From Squalus acanthias (taxonomy: Eukaryota): 64,000 bases of DNA. Each line of letters opens with the position of its first letter. Positions within the stretch are counted from its first letter, which is position 1. Shown here one piece after another: positions 36,012 to 48,289 of this stretch. The notes under the pieces were generated by a model, which made no database searches, was not told where the DNA came from, and saw only the letters and a list, made by a program, of their open reading frames with translations. The DNA lies in NCBI GenBank assembly GCA_030390025.1, contig CM059432.1, positions 20,772,001-20,836,000 of the forward strand, in the 5' to 3' direction. The position numbers and the translations under genes were made by a program.

Positions 36012-37760
36012 AGAATATTAGCAAAATTGAAGCCCATAGAATTGATGGGGCACTGGCAGCGTGGATACGAAATTCCATGAGACAGAAAGTAGAGAGTAGT
36101 GGTGAATGGTTGTTTTTCAGACTGGCGGGTAGTATATAGTGCAGTCGCAGGGGTCGATATTAGGACCACTACTCTTTTTGAAATATACTAATGACCTGGA
36201 CTTGGGTATACAGGGCATAATTCAAAGTTTGTAGATGACACGAAACTTGGAAATGTTGTAACAGACTTCAGGAGGTAATAGACAGACTGCTGAAATGGGC
36301 AGACACATGGCAGATGCAGTTTAATGAAAAGAAGTCCAAAGTGATGCATTTGGTAGAAAGAATGAGGAGAGACAAGATAAACTAAATGGTACAATTTTAA
36401 AGGGCGTGCAGGAACAGACATACCAGGGGCTGCATATACACAAATCTCTGAAGGTGGCAGGACAAGTTGAGAAGGCTGTTAAAAAAGCAAATGGGACCCT
36501 TGGCTTTATAAACAGAGGCACAGCAGATAATCCCACAGTGGGTGGGGAGGGGTTAATTGGTAAATATGTGAAAACCAACTCCAACGCGCCGCGACTGTGC
36601 CTACATCCGGTTTAACCGCGGTGGGTTTGGGAGCTCCCGAGTAACTCGTTCTGGAGAGGCAGGTCCGTAATTATATTTAAATGAGGCTCCGTTCCTCACA
36701 TTTTGGGAGCCAATTGAATTTAACGGCTGTGAGCCGGGTTTCCCAGGGCTCAGGAAACCTGGCAGCTAAAGGGAGGCAGGAGCTGCCAGATCCAGCAGGT
36801 AAATGCTTTTTCGAGCACAGCTTGTCGGTCAGCTAGAGCAGGAGTGCTTCCCCCCGGCCCTTCAATCAAACCTGCTGCCGCGATCTGCCTCCCTCCCCAC
36901 AATCTTCGGACACCCCCACGACCTATGCTCCGATCTTTCCCTCCCTCCTCGCTGCTGAAATCCAAGCCCTCCCCCAACCATGCCCCGATCGTTTCCAATT
37001 GCCGGGGATCGTTCTTAATCTGGCCGGCTGCCAGGTGGGAAATGGGGTAAAAAAAAAATGCTAATGAGGTTAATTCCATGTTCCCAGCATTTCCGAGTTT
37101 CCTGGCTGCAAACATGCACCTCTGCTCCCTCCCTATCACCCCATAAATATTGGGGCCTTAGAGTACAAAAGTAAGGAAGTTATGCTTATCCTTTATAGAT
37201 CACTGGCTAGGCCCCAGCTAGAGTATTGTGTCCAATTCTGGGCACCACACTTTAGGAAGGATATCAAGGCTTGAGAGAGGATGCAGAGGAGAATTAATAG
37301 AATGGTACCAGGGATGCGGGACTTCAGAGACATGGAGTGAGTAGTGAAGCTGGGGTTGTTCTCCTTAGAGCAGAGAAAGTTAAGGGACGATTCAATAGAG
37401 GTGTTCAAAATCATGAAGGATTTTGATAGAGTAAATAAGGAGAAACTGTTTCCAGTGGCAGAAGGGTGGGTAACCAGAGAGCACAGTTTTAAGGTAATTG
37501 GCAAAAGAACCAGAGGTGAGATGAGGAGAATTTTGTTCATGTATCGAGTTGTTATGATCTGGAATGCACTGCCTGAAAGGGTGGTGGAAGCAGATTCAAT
37601 AGTAACTTTTGAAAGGGAATTGGATAAATACTTGAAGGGGAAAAAATTGCAGGTCGATGGGGAAAGGGCAGGGGACTAGAACTAATTGGATAGCTCTTTC
37701 AAAGAGCTGGCACAAGCACGATTGGCTGAATGGCCTCCTTCTGTGCTGTATAATTCTACA
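36012..37760 (+). mobile_element. CR1 LINE 3' portion, interrupted at 36521-37158
   Basis: KSLKVAGQVEKAVKKANGTLGFINRG precedes the break, and tagagtacaaaagtaaggaag resumes after it. ORF 37344..37679 is the CR1 C-terminus. Confidence 0.88.
36521..37158. mobile_element. GC-rich non-autonomous DNA-transposon-like insert
   Basis: Cleanly interrupts the LINE (aacagaggca | tagagtac). The right end is ataaatattggggcct; the left terminus is not clearly complementary. Confidence 0.6.
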
Positions 37761-39086
37761 TGTCCTGGCCAATATTTACTCCTCAACAAGCGTCACTGAA
37801 ACAGATTAAATTGTCATTATTACATTTCTGTTTGTGGGACCTTCCTGTGCGCAATTTGGCTGCTGCGTACCCTACATTACAAGAGTGACTACACTTCAAA
37901 GGTACTTCATTAACTGTAAAGCACTTTGGGATATCCTGAGGTCGTGAAAAGTGCTATATAAATGCAAGTCTTTTTTTCTTTCAAGACACCAAATCCATTT
38001 CAACAGTAAACCAGATCTTCCAACTCTTGCACCTTGAGTTCTGTGACACAATGTAAATATTTTCATCTCCAATCGTCACTATAATGTTTTATTCCAAAAT
38101 ACCTGCTGCCAAACCTCTCCCCAGTTGGTACCACAATACTCTTCAGGTAGTTGTTTCCCTTGCTCTACTCAAAGTAAAATGGACTAAATTGAATTGCCTA
38201 ATCCATTGAGATATCCCCTTATGCATGTCATAAGTCAGTGCATCCTGACCAAGCTGTACTGTTCCAGTGAAAGTGCACCCACAGGCCACAAACTTCAGTG
38301 CATCTTAATCTGCACATATGAGATCTCTTTCTATAGGTATAGCAGTTTTGTGCCCTGGGGCTTGCTTGCTCATTGTCTTGTTAGAACTTGCTCTCCCCTC
38401 CTCACCATGCTGCCTTCTTACTTAGCTTAATTTTTCCAGAGTTCTTTCTACAGATCTCACAACTCACTGCTTCATGGACTAGATTGTATCCTTCCCTGAA
38501 TGCACCTTGACCGAACTGCACAATTCCTGTCTGAGTGCACCCTTCTGGTCTCCTTCAATGGAAATGAAAATAAGGAGAGATATAGAATGGGCGGCTGAAT
38601 CGATATTGCCCGTTTTATACTACTGTATTGCCCAAAGTCAAAATTACCCCACTGTATTTTAATCCAGTGAATACTGATGCAGCATTATCCCATATACTTT
38701 AGCTACATAAGAAAAAATTGTCAGAACGTTAAAGTAGATCGATATAACCCTTTACTTTCAGCAATCTGCCAAACCAACTATTAAGTCAAATCAAGGAGAA
38801 TGAGGTTAGAATTCTGTCTGGTATGGAATACACTTGTAACATCACACAATGATCAATTGATATCAAGGAGAAAACCATCTCGCTGGTAAAACAAAAATCA
38901 AATTAATTTGGCATATTTACACCAAAAGTTTCTTTCAAAAATGTATTTCTGTTTTAGTGTGTTTTGAAATCAAGTTTTTATTTCTATTATGGGTTGGGAA
39001 ATGAGTGCATGAAGCCTGATGAGCAGATTGGTGTAGTCCCACCAAGAGTTGTTGCACAAATAAGCATTTATGTTTTCTTATCTCTT

Positions 39087-39302
39087 CATCTCTCTCTCTC
39101 TCTCTCTCTCACACCCACTCTCTCTCTCTCTCTCTCTCTCACATCCACTCTCTCTCTCTCTCTCTCTCTCACACCCACTCTCTCTCTCTCTCACACACCC
39201 ACTCTCTCTCTCTCTCTCACACCCACTCTCTCTCTCTCTCTCACACCCACTCTCTCTCTCTCTCTCTCTCTCACACCCACTCTCTCTCTCTCTCACCCAC
39301 TC
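39087..39302. repeat. (CT)n-CACACCCA compound mini/microsatellite
   Basis: Directly visible; runs into the assembly gap. Confidence 0.95.
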
Positions 39303-39802
39303 NNNNNNNNNNNNNNNNNNNNNNNNNNNNNNNNNNNNNNNNNNNNNNNNNNNNNNNNNNNNNNNNNNNNNNNNNNNNNNNNNNNNNNNNNNNNNNNNNN
39401 NNNNNNNNNNNNNNNNNNNNNNNNNNNNNNNNNNNNNNNNNNNNNNNNNNNNNNNNNNNNNNNNNNNNNNNNNNNNNNNNNNNNNNNNNNNNNNNNNNNN
39501 NNNNNNNNNNNNNNNNNNNNNNNNNNNNNNNNNNNNNNNNNNNNNNNNNNNNNNNNNNNNNNNNNNNNNNNNNNNNNNNNNNNNNNNNNNNNNNNNNNNN
39601 NNNNNNNNNNNNNNNNNNNNNNNNNNNNNNNNNNNNNNNNNNNNNNNNNNNNNNNNNNNNNNNNNNNNNNNNNNNNNNNNNNNNNNNNNNNNNNNNNNNN
39701 NNNNNNNNNNNNNNNNNNNNNNNNNNNNNNNNNNNNNNNNNNNNNNNNNNNNNNNNNNNNNNNNNNNNNNNNNNNNNNNNNNNNNNNNNNNNNNNNNNNN
39801 NN
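39303..39802. other. Assembly gap (500 N)
   Basis: Run of exactly 500 n characters, probably a fixed-size scaffold gap. Confidence 0.99.
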
Positions 39803-39835
39803 CATGCCTGCTCTCTCTCATGCCCGCTCTCTCCC

Positions 39836-41025
39836 TCATAGAAACATAGAAGATAGGAGCAGGAGTAGGCCATTCAGCCCCTCGAGCCTGCTCCGCCATT
39901 CGATGAGATCATGGCTGATCATCAAAACTCAGTACCCTGTACCTGCCTTCTCCCCATATCCCTTGATACCTTTAGCTTTAAGAAATATATCTAACTCATT
40001 CTTGAATATATTTAACGACTTGGCCTCAACTACCTTCTGTGGTAGAGAATTCCACAGGTTCACCACTCTCTGGGTGAAGAAATTCTTCCTCATTTCTGTC
40101 CTAAATGGCTTACCCCTTATCCTTAGATTATGACCCCTGGTTCTGGACTCTCCGACCATCGGGAACATTCTTCCTGCATCTAGTTTGTCCAGACCTGTCA
40201 GAATTTTATATGTTTTGATGAGATCCCCTCTCATTCTTCTATACTCCAGCGAGTATAAGCCCAATCGACCCAATCTCTCCTCATATGTCATTCCTGCCAT
40301 CCCAGGTATCAGCCTTGTGAATCTTCGCTGAACTCCTTCCATGGCAAGAACATCCTTCCTCAGATAAGGCGACCAAAACTGCACACAGTACTCAAGGTGT
40401 GGTCTCACCAAGGCCCTGTACAACTGCAGCAGGACATCCTTGCTCCTGTACTCAAACCCTTTCGCTATGAACGCCAACATACCATTTGCCTTCTTCACCG
40501 CCTGCTGCAGCTGCATGCTTACTTTCAGCGACTGGTGCACAAGGACACCCAGGTCTCGTTACACTTCCCCTTCTCCCAATCTATTGCCATTCAGATAATA
40601 GTCTGCCTTTCTGTTTTTGACACCAAAGTGGATAACCTCGCATTTATCCACGTTATATTTCATCTGCCACGCTTCTGCCCACTCACCCAACCTGTCCAAA
40701 TCATCCTGGAGTTTCTCGGTATCCTCCTCGCAGCACACACTCCCACCCAGCTTTGTGTCATTTGCAAACTTGGAGATATTACATTTAGTTCCCTTATCTA
40801 GATCATTAATGTACATTGTGAATAGCTGGGGTCCAAGGACCGATCCCTGCGGTACCCCACTAGTCACTGCTTGCCACTCGGAAAAAGACCCATTAATTCC
40901 TACTCTCTGCTTTCTGTCCGCCAACCAGTTCTCTATCCAAGTCAATACCTTGCCCCCAATCCCATGTGCCTTAACTTTACACGCTAATCTCTTATGCGGG
41001 ACCTTATCGAAAGCCTTTTGAAAGT
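39836..41025 (-). mobile_element. Young HER1/CR1 LINE, 5'-truncated, RT region nearly intact
   Basis: ORFs 40559..41044 and 39929..40540 are in the same frame, separated by one TAA. Motifs DFQKAFDKVPH, GVPQGSVLGP and KFANDTK (catalytic D to N). Confidence 0.95.
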
Positions 41026-41037
41026 CCCACTCTTTCA

Positions 41038-41078
<41 letters not shown>

Positions 41079-41096
41079 CCACTCTCTCACTCACTC

Positions 41097-41146
<50 letters not shown>

Positions 41147-42441
41147 CCTCACTCTCCCTCACACCCACGCGCTCTCTCTCTCACACCCACGCGCTCTCTC
41201 TCACACCCACGCGCTCTCTCTCACACCCACGCGCGCTCTCTCACACCCACGCGCTCTCTCTCACACCCACGCGCTCTCTCTCACACCCACGCGCTCTCTC
41301 TCACACCCACGCGCTCTCTCTCACACCCACGCGCTCTCTCTCACACCCACGCGCTCTCTCTCACACCCACGCGCTCTCTCTCTCACACCCACGCGCTCTC
41401 TCTCTCACACCCACGCGCTCTCTCTCTCACACCCACGCGCTCTCTCTCTCACACCCACGCGCTCTCTCTCTCACACCCACGCGCTCTCTCTCTCACACCC
41501 ACGCGCGCTCTCTCTCACACCCACGCTCTCTCTCTCACACCCACGCTCTCTCTCTCTCACACCCACGCGCTCTCTCTCTCACACCCACGCGCTCTCTCTC
41601 TCACACCCACGCGCGCTCTCTCTCTCTCTCCCACGCGCGCTCTCTCTCTCACACCCACGCGCGCGCTCTCTCTCACACCCACGCGCGCTCTCTCTCACAC
41701 CCACGCGCGCGCTCTCTCTCACACCCACGCGCGCTCTCTCTCTCACACCCACGCGCGCTCTCTCTCTCACACCCACGCGCGCTCTCTCTCTCACACCCAC
41801 GCGCGCTCTCTCTCTCACACCCACGCGCTCTCTCTCTCACACCCACGCGCTCTCTCTCTCACACCCACGCGCTCTCTCTCACACCCACGCGCGCTCTCTC
41901 TCTCACACCCACGCGCGCTCTCTCTCTCACACCCGCGCGCTCTCTCTCTCACACCCGCGCGCTCTCTCTCTCACACCCGCGCGCTCTCTCTCTCACACCC
42001 GCGCGCTCTCTCTCTCACACCCGCGCGCTCTCTCTCTCACACCCGCGCGCTCTCTCTCTCACACCCACGCGCGCTCTCTCTCTCACACCCACGCGCGCTC
42101 TCTCTCTCACACCCACGCGCGCTCTCTCTCTCACACCCACGCGCGCTCTCTCTCTCACACCCACGCGCGCTCTCTCTCTCACACCCACGCGCGCTCTCTC
42201 TCTCACACCCACGCGCTCTCTCTCTCACACCCACGCGCTCTCTCTCTCACACCCACGCGCTCTCTCTCTCACACCCACGCGCGCTCTCTCTCTCACACCC
42301 ACGCGCGCTCTCTCTCTCACACCCACGCGCGCTCTCTCTCTCACACCCACGCGCGCTCTCTCTCTCACACCCACGCGCGCTCGCTCTCTCACACCCACGC
42401 GCGCTCGCTCTCTCACACCCACGCGCTCTCTCTCTCACACA
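41026..42441. repeat. CpG-rich minisatellite, unit cacacccacgcg(cg)ctctctct(ct), 20-24 bp
   Basis: Directly visible, with block-wise unit variants. Confidence 0.97.
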
Positions 42442-43721
42442 CGTTATTAGACTAAACATTTTGTCTAGTTCTCTTCACACCTCTGGTGCAAAATACATTT
42501 TGCACTTATCAAGACAAGAGATAATGCTGGGTTATGCAACACTTCTGCTTTCGGCACCAAAGTCAGTATGGAGAGCACTTCCCAGGTTAGGTATTGTTTG
42601 GTTAGATAACCAGTAAAGCTCCTTTACATTGTTCCAGTAATATCCCTGAGCCCTGACATCATGGCTCACCCCTACGGCAGCAGTGTAAAGTTTTTTTTGT
42701 CTCCAACATCTGCCATCCTGTGGTCTTTCTGAATGAGATTGCTAATTTTGTGTCAACTGGGGGCATTTTTGTACGCTCATGCTCATTATAAATTGAACTG
42801 AGACTGTCCAAACTCAATTTACATACAACCCTTTCAGCCATAAGGCAGAAGAGATTGCAAAGGTTTTGTTAAAGAAACAAAATATCCAGAAAAACATTGT
42901 TTAGCAACAAATGCACAACGATGGGAATTGTATTGAATATAGTGTTACATTTTATGAATAACATAATAACATTGGAGATGACCCTTGGGTCTTCTAATCT
43001 TCTCCCTTTCTGAACAGGGAAATAGTTTCCAAACACATTTTTCATGAAGATTATGCCCTCTAGTAAACAGGTACCAGAGACACCATGCAATGCCTGTCAC
43101 TCAATTAAATTATGGAATTATTATTGCACAGGATAAAGAATTTTGGATGACTCAGTGCATTACACAGCAGCAGCCAATTGAGAGATTCAATTGACGGATA
43201 AACCAAAGCTTGAGCTATTTAATCATCACTCATTTGCCGAGATTGGATTACACTCTGCAATACCCAATAGCCATCTGATAATATCTAGGAATGGCAGTTA
43301 ATAACTGAATGTTTCCCACATTAACACTTCTCGTGGTTTCAATGGTGACACCTTTTTGCATCATGCAGCACTCGCTCATGTCAACTAGCCATTGTTAATC
43401 CAAGGCTTTACTGGAACAAGGATTAGTTTTGATGGTGAATCTTTCAGAAAGGTTCCTCCTTATAATGCAGAAAATTTAAATCAGGTCCATCACTGTGGCT
43501 GAAATGATCTCAGATGAGTGGGTTATGGACAAGTGGAGTTACGGATCGTATCATGCTGTAGGCCATTTCATTTATAACACGAGTAGTAGTCTTTCAATTC
43601 GAAGAAAATTTGAATAAGTATTCTTGTAGTTTTTGAGGCTTAAAAAGCTCTGTCGAAACCTATTTTGTGGTATCACATTGTCATTATGACATGTTGCAGC
43701 ATGCTTTGGTTGACATTTCCA

Positions 43722-43817
43722 CAGCTTGGGTTGTTGGATTTAATGCAGCCTGGTTTGTTGGTTTTGATGTAGCTCGGTTTGGTGGCTTTTGTGTGGCCAG
43801 ATATGGTGGTTTTCATG
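43722..43817. repeat. Degenerate 24-bp tandem repeat x4
   Basis: cagcttgggttgttggatttaatg / cagcctggtttgttggttttgatg / tagctcggtttggtggcttttgtg / tggccagatatggtggttttcatg. Confidence 0.75.
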
Positions 43818-44064
43818 CAGAGGAAACACTTGCCACTCACCTCCCCTCATAGGCTCAACTGATTTGCTGCTCCCTTACCTTTGGGCCTGCTTGGTTGTGG
43901 ATTGTCATCAGAGCTGGGATTCTGTGCTCTTCCCTTTTCTTCTCTTGGTATCCAGTGAGAGAAAACAAGGGAATGCTTTTAGGAGGGAGATCTATCCTAG
44001 TATCTACAGGGTAAGTGAAAGGCTATATATTTAAAAAAAACTATAGAACTAAAAATAGTAGTGG

Positions 44065-45112
44065 GGACTGGTTGGGTCTCTATTCAAGGAAGAAGCGGAG
44101 CACCCTCCGGCCCTCCTGGTGGGGGATGGAGGTGTAGAGGGATTGGACGTCCAGAGTGAAAAGGAGACAGTTGGGGCCAGAAAACTGGCGGAGGGCGTCA
44201 GAAACATAGAAACATAGAATCTAGGAGCAGGAGTAGGCCATTTGGCCCGTCGAGCCTGCTCCACCATTCAATACGATCATGGCTGATCATCCAAATCCAG
44301 TACCCTGTCCCTGCTTTTAATCCCCACAGTACACATATCCCACCCTACCCCCGTAACCCCACGTATTTAATTCCCCCTAACATATCCCATCCTATCCCCA
44401 TAACCCCACATATTTAATCCCCCCCTAACACTAAGGGTCAATTTATCATAGCCAAATCAACCTAACCAGGAACATTTTTGGAGTGTGGGAGGAAACCGGA
44501 GCACCCGGAGGAAACCCACGCAGACACGGGGAGAATGTGCAAACTCCACACAGACAGTCACCCGAGGTCAGATTCGAACCCAGGTCCCTGGCGCTGTGAG
44601 GTACCAGTGCTAACCACTATGCCACCGTGTCGCAGATGTAGGTGGGAAGAGACTGGACAAGGGGGAAAAAAAAAGTCGAGATAGGAAGAAATCAGTTCCG
44701 TGGGGCAAGAACAGGCTGAAACAATGGGCCTACCAGGGCAGTTCTATTTCTGGATCTTGGGAGGAGGTGGAAGCGTGTTGTGCGGGGTTGGGGAACTATG
44801 AGGTTGGCCATGGAGGGAAGATCTCCAGAGGAGATGAGGTCAGTGACAGTCTTGGAAATGATGGCTTGATGGATGGTAGTGGGGTCACGGTCATGGTCCG
44901 GGGGAGGTAGGAGGAGGTGTCGGAGAGTTGGCGTTAAGCCTCTGCAAGGTAGAGGTCGGTTCGCCAAACAACAACAGCGCCACCCTTGTCAACAGGTTTA
45001 ATGACAATGTTGGGGGTTGGATCTCAAAGAAAGGAGTGCTGCAAGTTCAGAGGGAGGGAGGTAGGTTGGAGTGAGTGAGGGGAGCAGAGAAACTGAGACG
45101 GCCGATGTCCCA
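44065..45112 (-). mobile_element. Penelope-like reverse transcriptase fragment (disrupted), interrupted by an HE1 SINE
   Basis: Minus-strand frames give NIVIKPVDKGGAVVVW, DPTTIHQAIISKTVTDLISSGDLP, GRPIVSACSCPTELISSYLD and FTLDVQSLYTSIPH, typical of Penelope RT. Confidence 0.85.
44202..44630 (-). mobile_element. Full-length HE1-type V-SINE with HER1-derived tail
   Basis: tRNA head, V-domain and 3' tail ggatgatcagccatgatcgtattgaatggtggagcaggctcg...tctatgtttctatgtttct, shared with HER1 copies. Confidence 0.92.
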
Positions 45113-45182
45113 CTGGTCCTACAATTAGCCTTGGTGCCTCTGGGTTTGAAAGGAGAAAGTCGGCATGGGATTTCCTTTCCCG

Positions 45183-45626
45183 ATACCAGAAATGAGAGGA
45201 TATACTTATCAGGATAGGCTGAACAGGCTGGGGCTCTTTTCTCTAGAAAAGAGAAGGCTGAGGGGGTGACCTGATAGACATCTTCAAGATAATGAAAGGG
45301 TTTGATAGGGTAGATGTACAGAAAGTGTTTCTACTTGTGGGGCAATCCAAAACTAGAGGTCATAAGTATAAGATAGTCAACAAAAAATCCAATAGGGAAT
45401 TCAGGACAAAAGTGGTAAGAATATGGAATGTGCTACCACAAGGAATAGTTGAGGCAAATAGCATAGATGCATTTAAGGGGAAGCTAGATAAGCACATGAG
45501 GAGGAAAGGAATAGAAGGATGTACGGATAGGGTTAGATGAAGTAAGGTGGGAGGAGGCTCGTGTGCAGCATGAATACCGGCGTAGCCCATTAGGCCAAAT
45601 GGCCTGTTTCTGTGCTGTACACTCAA
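45183..45626 (+). mobile_element. CR1 LINE 3' fragment
   Basis: ORF 45292..45540 (KGFDRVDVQKVF...IWNVLPQGIVEANSIDAFKGKLDKHM). Confidence 0.88.
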
Positions 45627-45763
45627 TGATCCACTTGTAGTAAAGGGGCCTTTAGGGAAGAGTGACCATAATATGATAGAATTTTATATTGAGTTTGAAA
45701 GTGACTTAGTTAAATCAGAAACTAGGGTCTTAAATCTAAACAAAGCAAACTATGTAGGTATGA

Positions 45764-45868
45764 TGTGGAGATGCCGGCGTTGGACTGGGGTGGACAAAAA
45801 TGAGAAGAAAGCTTGTAAAATTAAATAAATCTGTTGGACTATAACCTGGTGTTGTGCGACTTCTCATT
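45764..45868. mobile_element. 105-bp TSD-flanked insert, probably a miniature Penelope-type terminus with inversion
   Basis: Perfect 13-bp TSD tatgtaggtatga (45751-45763, 45869-45881). Internal inverted aatgagaag / cttctcatt; sense part begins gaaagcttg. Confidence 0.7.
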
Positions 45869-46814
45869 TATGTAGGTATGAGGGGCGAGATTGGGAAACT
45901 ACATTAAAAGGTATGACAGTGGACGAGCAATGGCTAGCATTTAAAGAATTAATACATAATTTACAGCAAATATACATTATTTTAAGGCACAAAAACCCCA
46001 CAGGAAAAGTGGTCCAACCATGGCTAACAAGAGAAGTTAAAGATAGTATTAAATCAAAGGAAGAGGCTTATAATGCTGCCAAAAAGAGTAGTAAGCCTGA
46101 GGATTGGGAGGATTTTAGAATTCAGCAAAGGAGGACCAAGAAATTGATAAAGAAAGGGAAAATAGAATATGAGAGTAAACTAGCGAGAGACATAAAAACA
46201 GACTGTAAAAGCTTCTTTTGGTATGTAAAAAGGAAAAGATTAGCAAAAGTAAATGTGGGTCCCTTACAGGCTGAAACAGGAGAAATTATAATGGGGAATA
46301 AGGAAATGGCAGAGAAATTAAACAAATACTTTGTGTCTGTCTTCACGGAAGAAGACGCAAAAAATTTCCCGGAAATAGTGGACAACCAAGGGTCTAGTGA
46401 GAATGAGGAATTGAAAGATATTAGTATTAGTAAAAAAGTAGCACTGGAGAAATTAATGGGACTGAAAGCCAATAAATCCCCTGGACCTGATGGCCTACAT
46501 CCTAAGGTTTTGAAAGAGTTGGCTATAGGGATAATGGATGCATTGGTTGTCACCTTCCAAAATTCCATAGATTCTAGAACGGTTCCCGTAGATTGGAAGG
46601 TAGCAAATGTAACCCCACTATTTAAGAAAAAAGGGAAGAGAGAAAACGGGGAACTACAGACCAGTTAGCCTGATATCAGTAGTAGGGAAAATGTTAGAAT
46701 CTATTACTAAGGACGTGGTAACAGGGCACTTAAAAAATAATAAAAGGGTGGACAGAGTCAACACGGATTTATGAAAGGGAAATCGTGTTTGACAAATCTG
46801 TTAAGTTTTTTATA

Positions 46815-48289
46815 TAGAAACATAGAAAAATAGGAGCAGGAGTAGGCCATTCGGCCCTTCGAGCCTGCTCCGCCATTCAATATGATCATGGCTGATCCTC
46901 TATCTCAATACCATATTCCCGCTCTCTCCCCATACCCCTTGATGCCTTTTTTGTCTAGAAATCTATCTATCGCCTTCTTAAATATAGTCAGTGACTTGGC
47001 CTCCACAGCCTTCTGTGGTAGAGAATTCCACAGGTTCACCACCCTCTGAGTGAAGAAATTTCTCCTCATCTCAGTCCTAAATGTCCTACCCCGTATCCTG
47101 AGACTGTGACCCCTCGTTCTAGACCCCCCAGCCAGGGGAAACATCCTCCCTGCATCCAGTCTGTCTAGCTCTGTCAGAATTTTATACGTTTCAATGAGAT
47201 CCCCTCTCATTCTTCTGAACTCTCATGAATACAGGTCTAGTCGACCCAATCTCTCCTCATATGACAGACCTGCCATCCCAGGAATCAGTCTGGTGAACCT
47301 TCACTGCACTCCCTCTATGGTAAGTATATCCTTTCTGAGGTAAGGAGACCAAAACTGCACACAGTACTCCAGGTGTGGTCTCACCAAGGCCCTGTACAAC
47401 TGTAGTAAGACATCCTTGCTCCTGTACTCAAATCCTCTTGCAATGAAGGCCAACATACCATTTGCCTTCCTAACTGCTTGCTGCACCTGCATGTTTGCTT
47501 TCAGTGACTGGTGTACAAGGACACCCAGGTCCCTTTGTACATCAGCATTTCCCAATCTATCACCATTTAAATAATATTCTACCTTTCTGTTTTTCCTACC
47601 GAAGTGGATAACTTCACATTTATCCACGTTATACTGCATCTGCCATGTATTTGCCCACTCACTCAACTTGTATAAATTGCCTTGAAGCCTCTTTGCATCC
47701 TCCTCACAACTCACAATCCCACCTAGTTTTGTGTCGTCAGCAAACTTGGAAATATTACATTTGGTTCCCTCATCCAAATCATTGATATATATTGTGAATA
47801 GCTGGGGCCCAAGCACTGATCCCTGCGGTACCCCACTAGTCACCACCTGCCACCCTGAAAAAGACCCATTTATTCCTACTCTCTATTTCCTGTCTGTTAA
47901 CCAATTTTCAATCCATGCCAGTATATTGCCCCCAATCCATGTGCTTTAATTTTGCACACTAACCTCTTATGTGGGACTTTATCAAAGGCCTTCTGAAAAT
48001 CCAAATACACCACATCCACTGGTTCTCCCTTATCTATTCTACCAGTTACATCCTCAAAAAACTCCAGTAGGTTTGTCAAACACGATTTCCCTTTCATAAA
48101 TCCATGTTGACTTTGTCTAATCCCGTTGCTTTTTTCTAAGTGTCCTGTTATCACATCCTTTATAATAGACTCGAGCATTTTCCCTACTACTGATGTTAGG
48201 CTAACCGGTCTGTAGTTCCCTGTTTTCTCTCTCCCTCCTTTTTTAAATAGTAGGGTTACATTTGCCACCCTCCAATCTGCAGGAACTGT
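46815..48289 (-). mobile_element. CR1/HER1 LINE, 5'-truncated, nested antisense
   Basis: ORFs 47897..48379, 47301..47846 and 46905..47210 with RT motifs (GVPQGSVLGP, KFADDTK); tail at 46815-46830. Confidence 0.93.

Larger units (their letters stand above)
35788..37982 (+). mobile_element. Deu-domain SINE split into 35788-36010 and 37761-37982 by nested inserts
   Basis: The 5' half ends ...aaaagatcccatggtgttattttaaga. The 3' half resumes tgtcctggccaatattt... and runs to gctatataaatgcaagtc, collinear with 14570-15036. Confidence 0.85.

Noticed and set aside
38964..40133. Long ORFs of 170-389 aa
   Set aside because: They are open only because they cross the 500-N gap and CT microsatellite; not coding evidence.
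41158..42441. Regular short repeats suggestive of a CRISPR array or repeat protein (VGVRERAR)n
   Set aside because: Units are head-to-tail with no unique spacers and no cas genes, in a vertebrate repeat context. It is a minisatellite.
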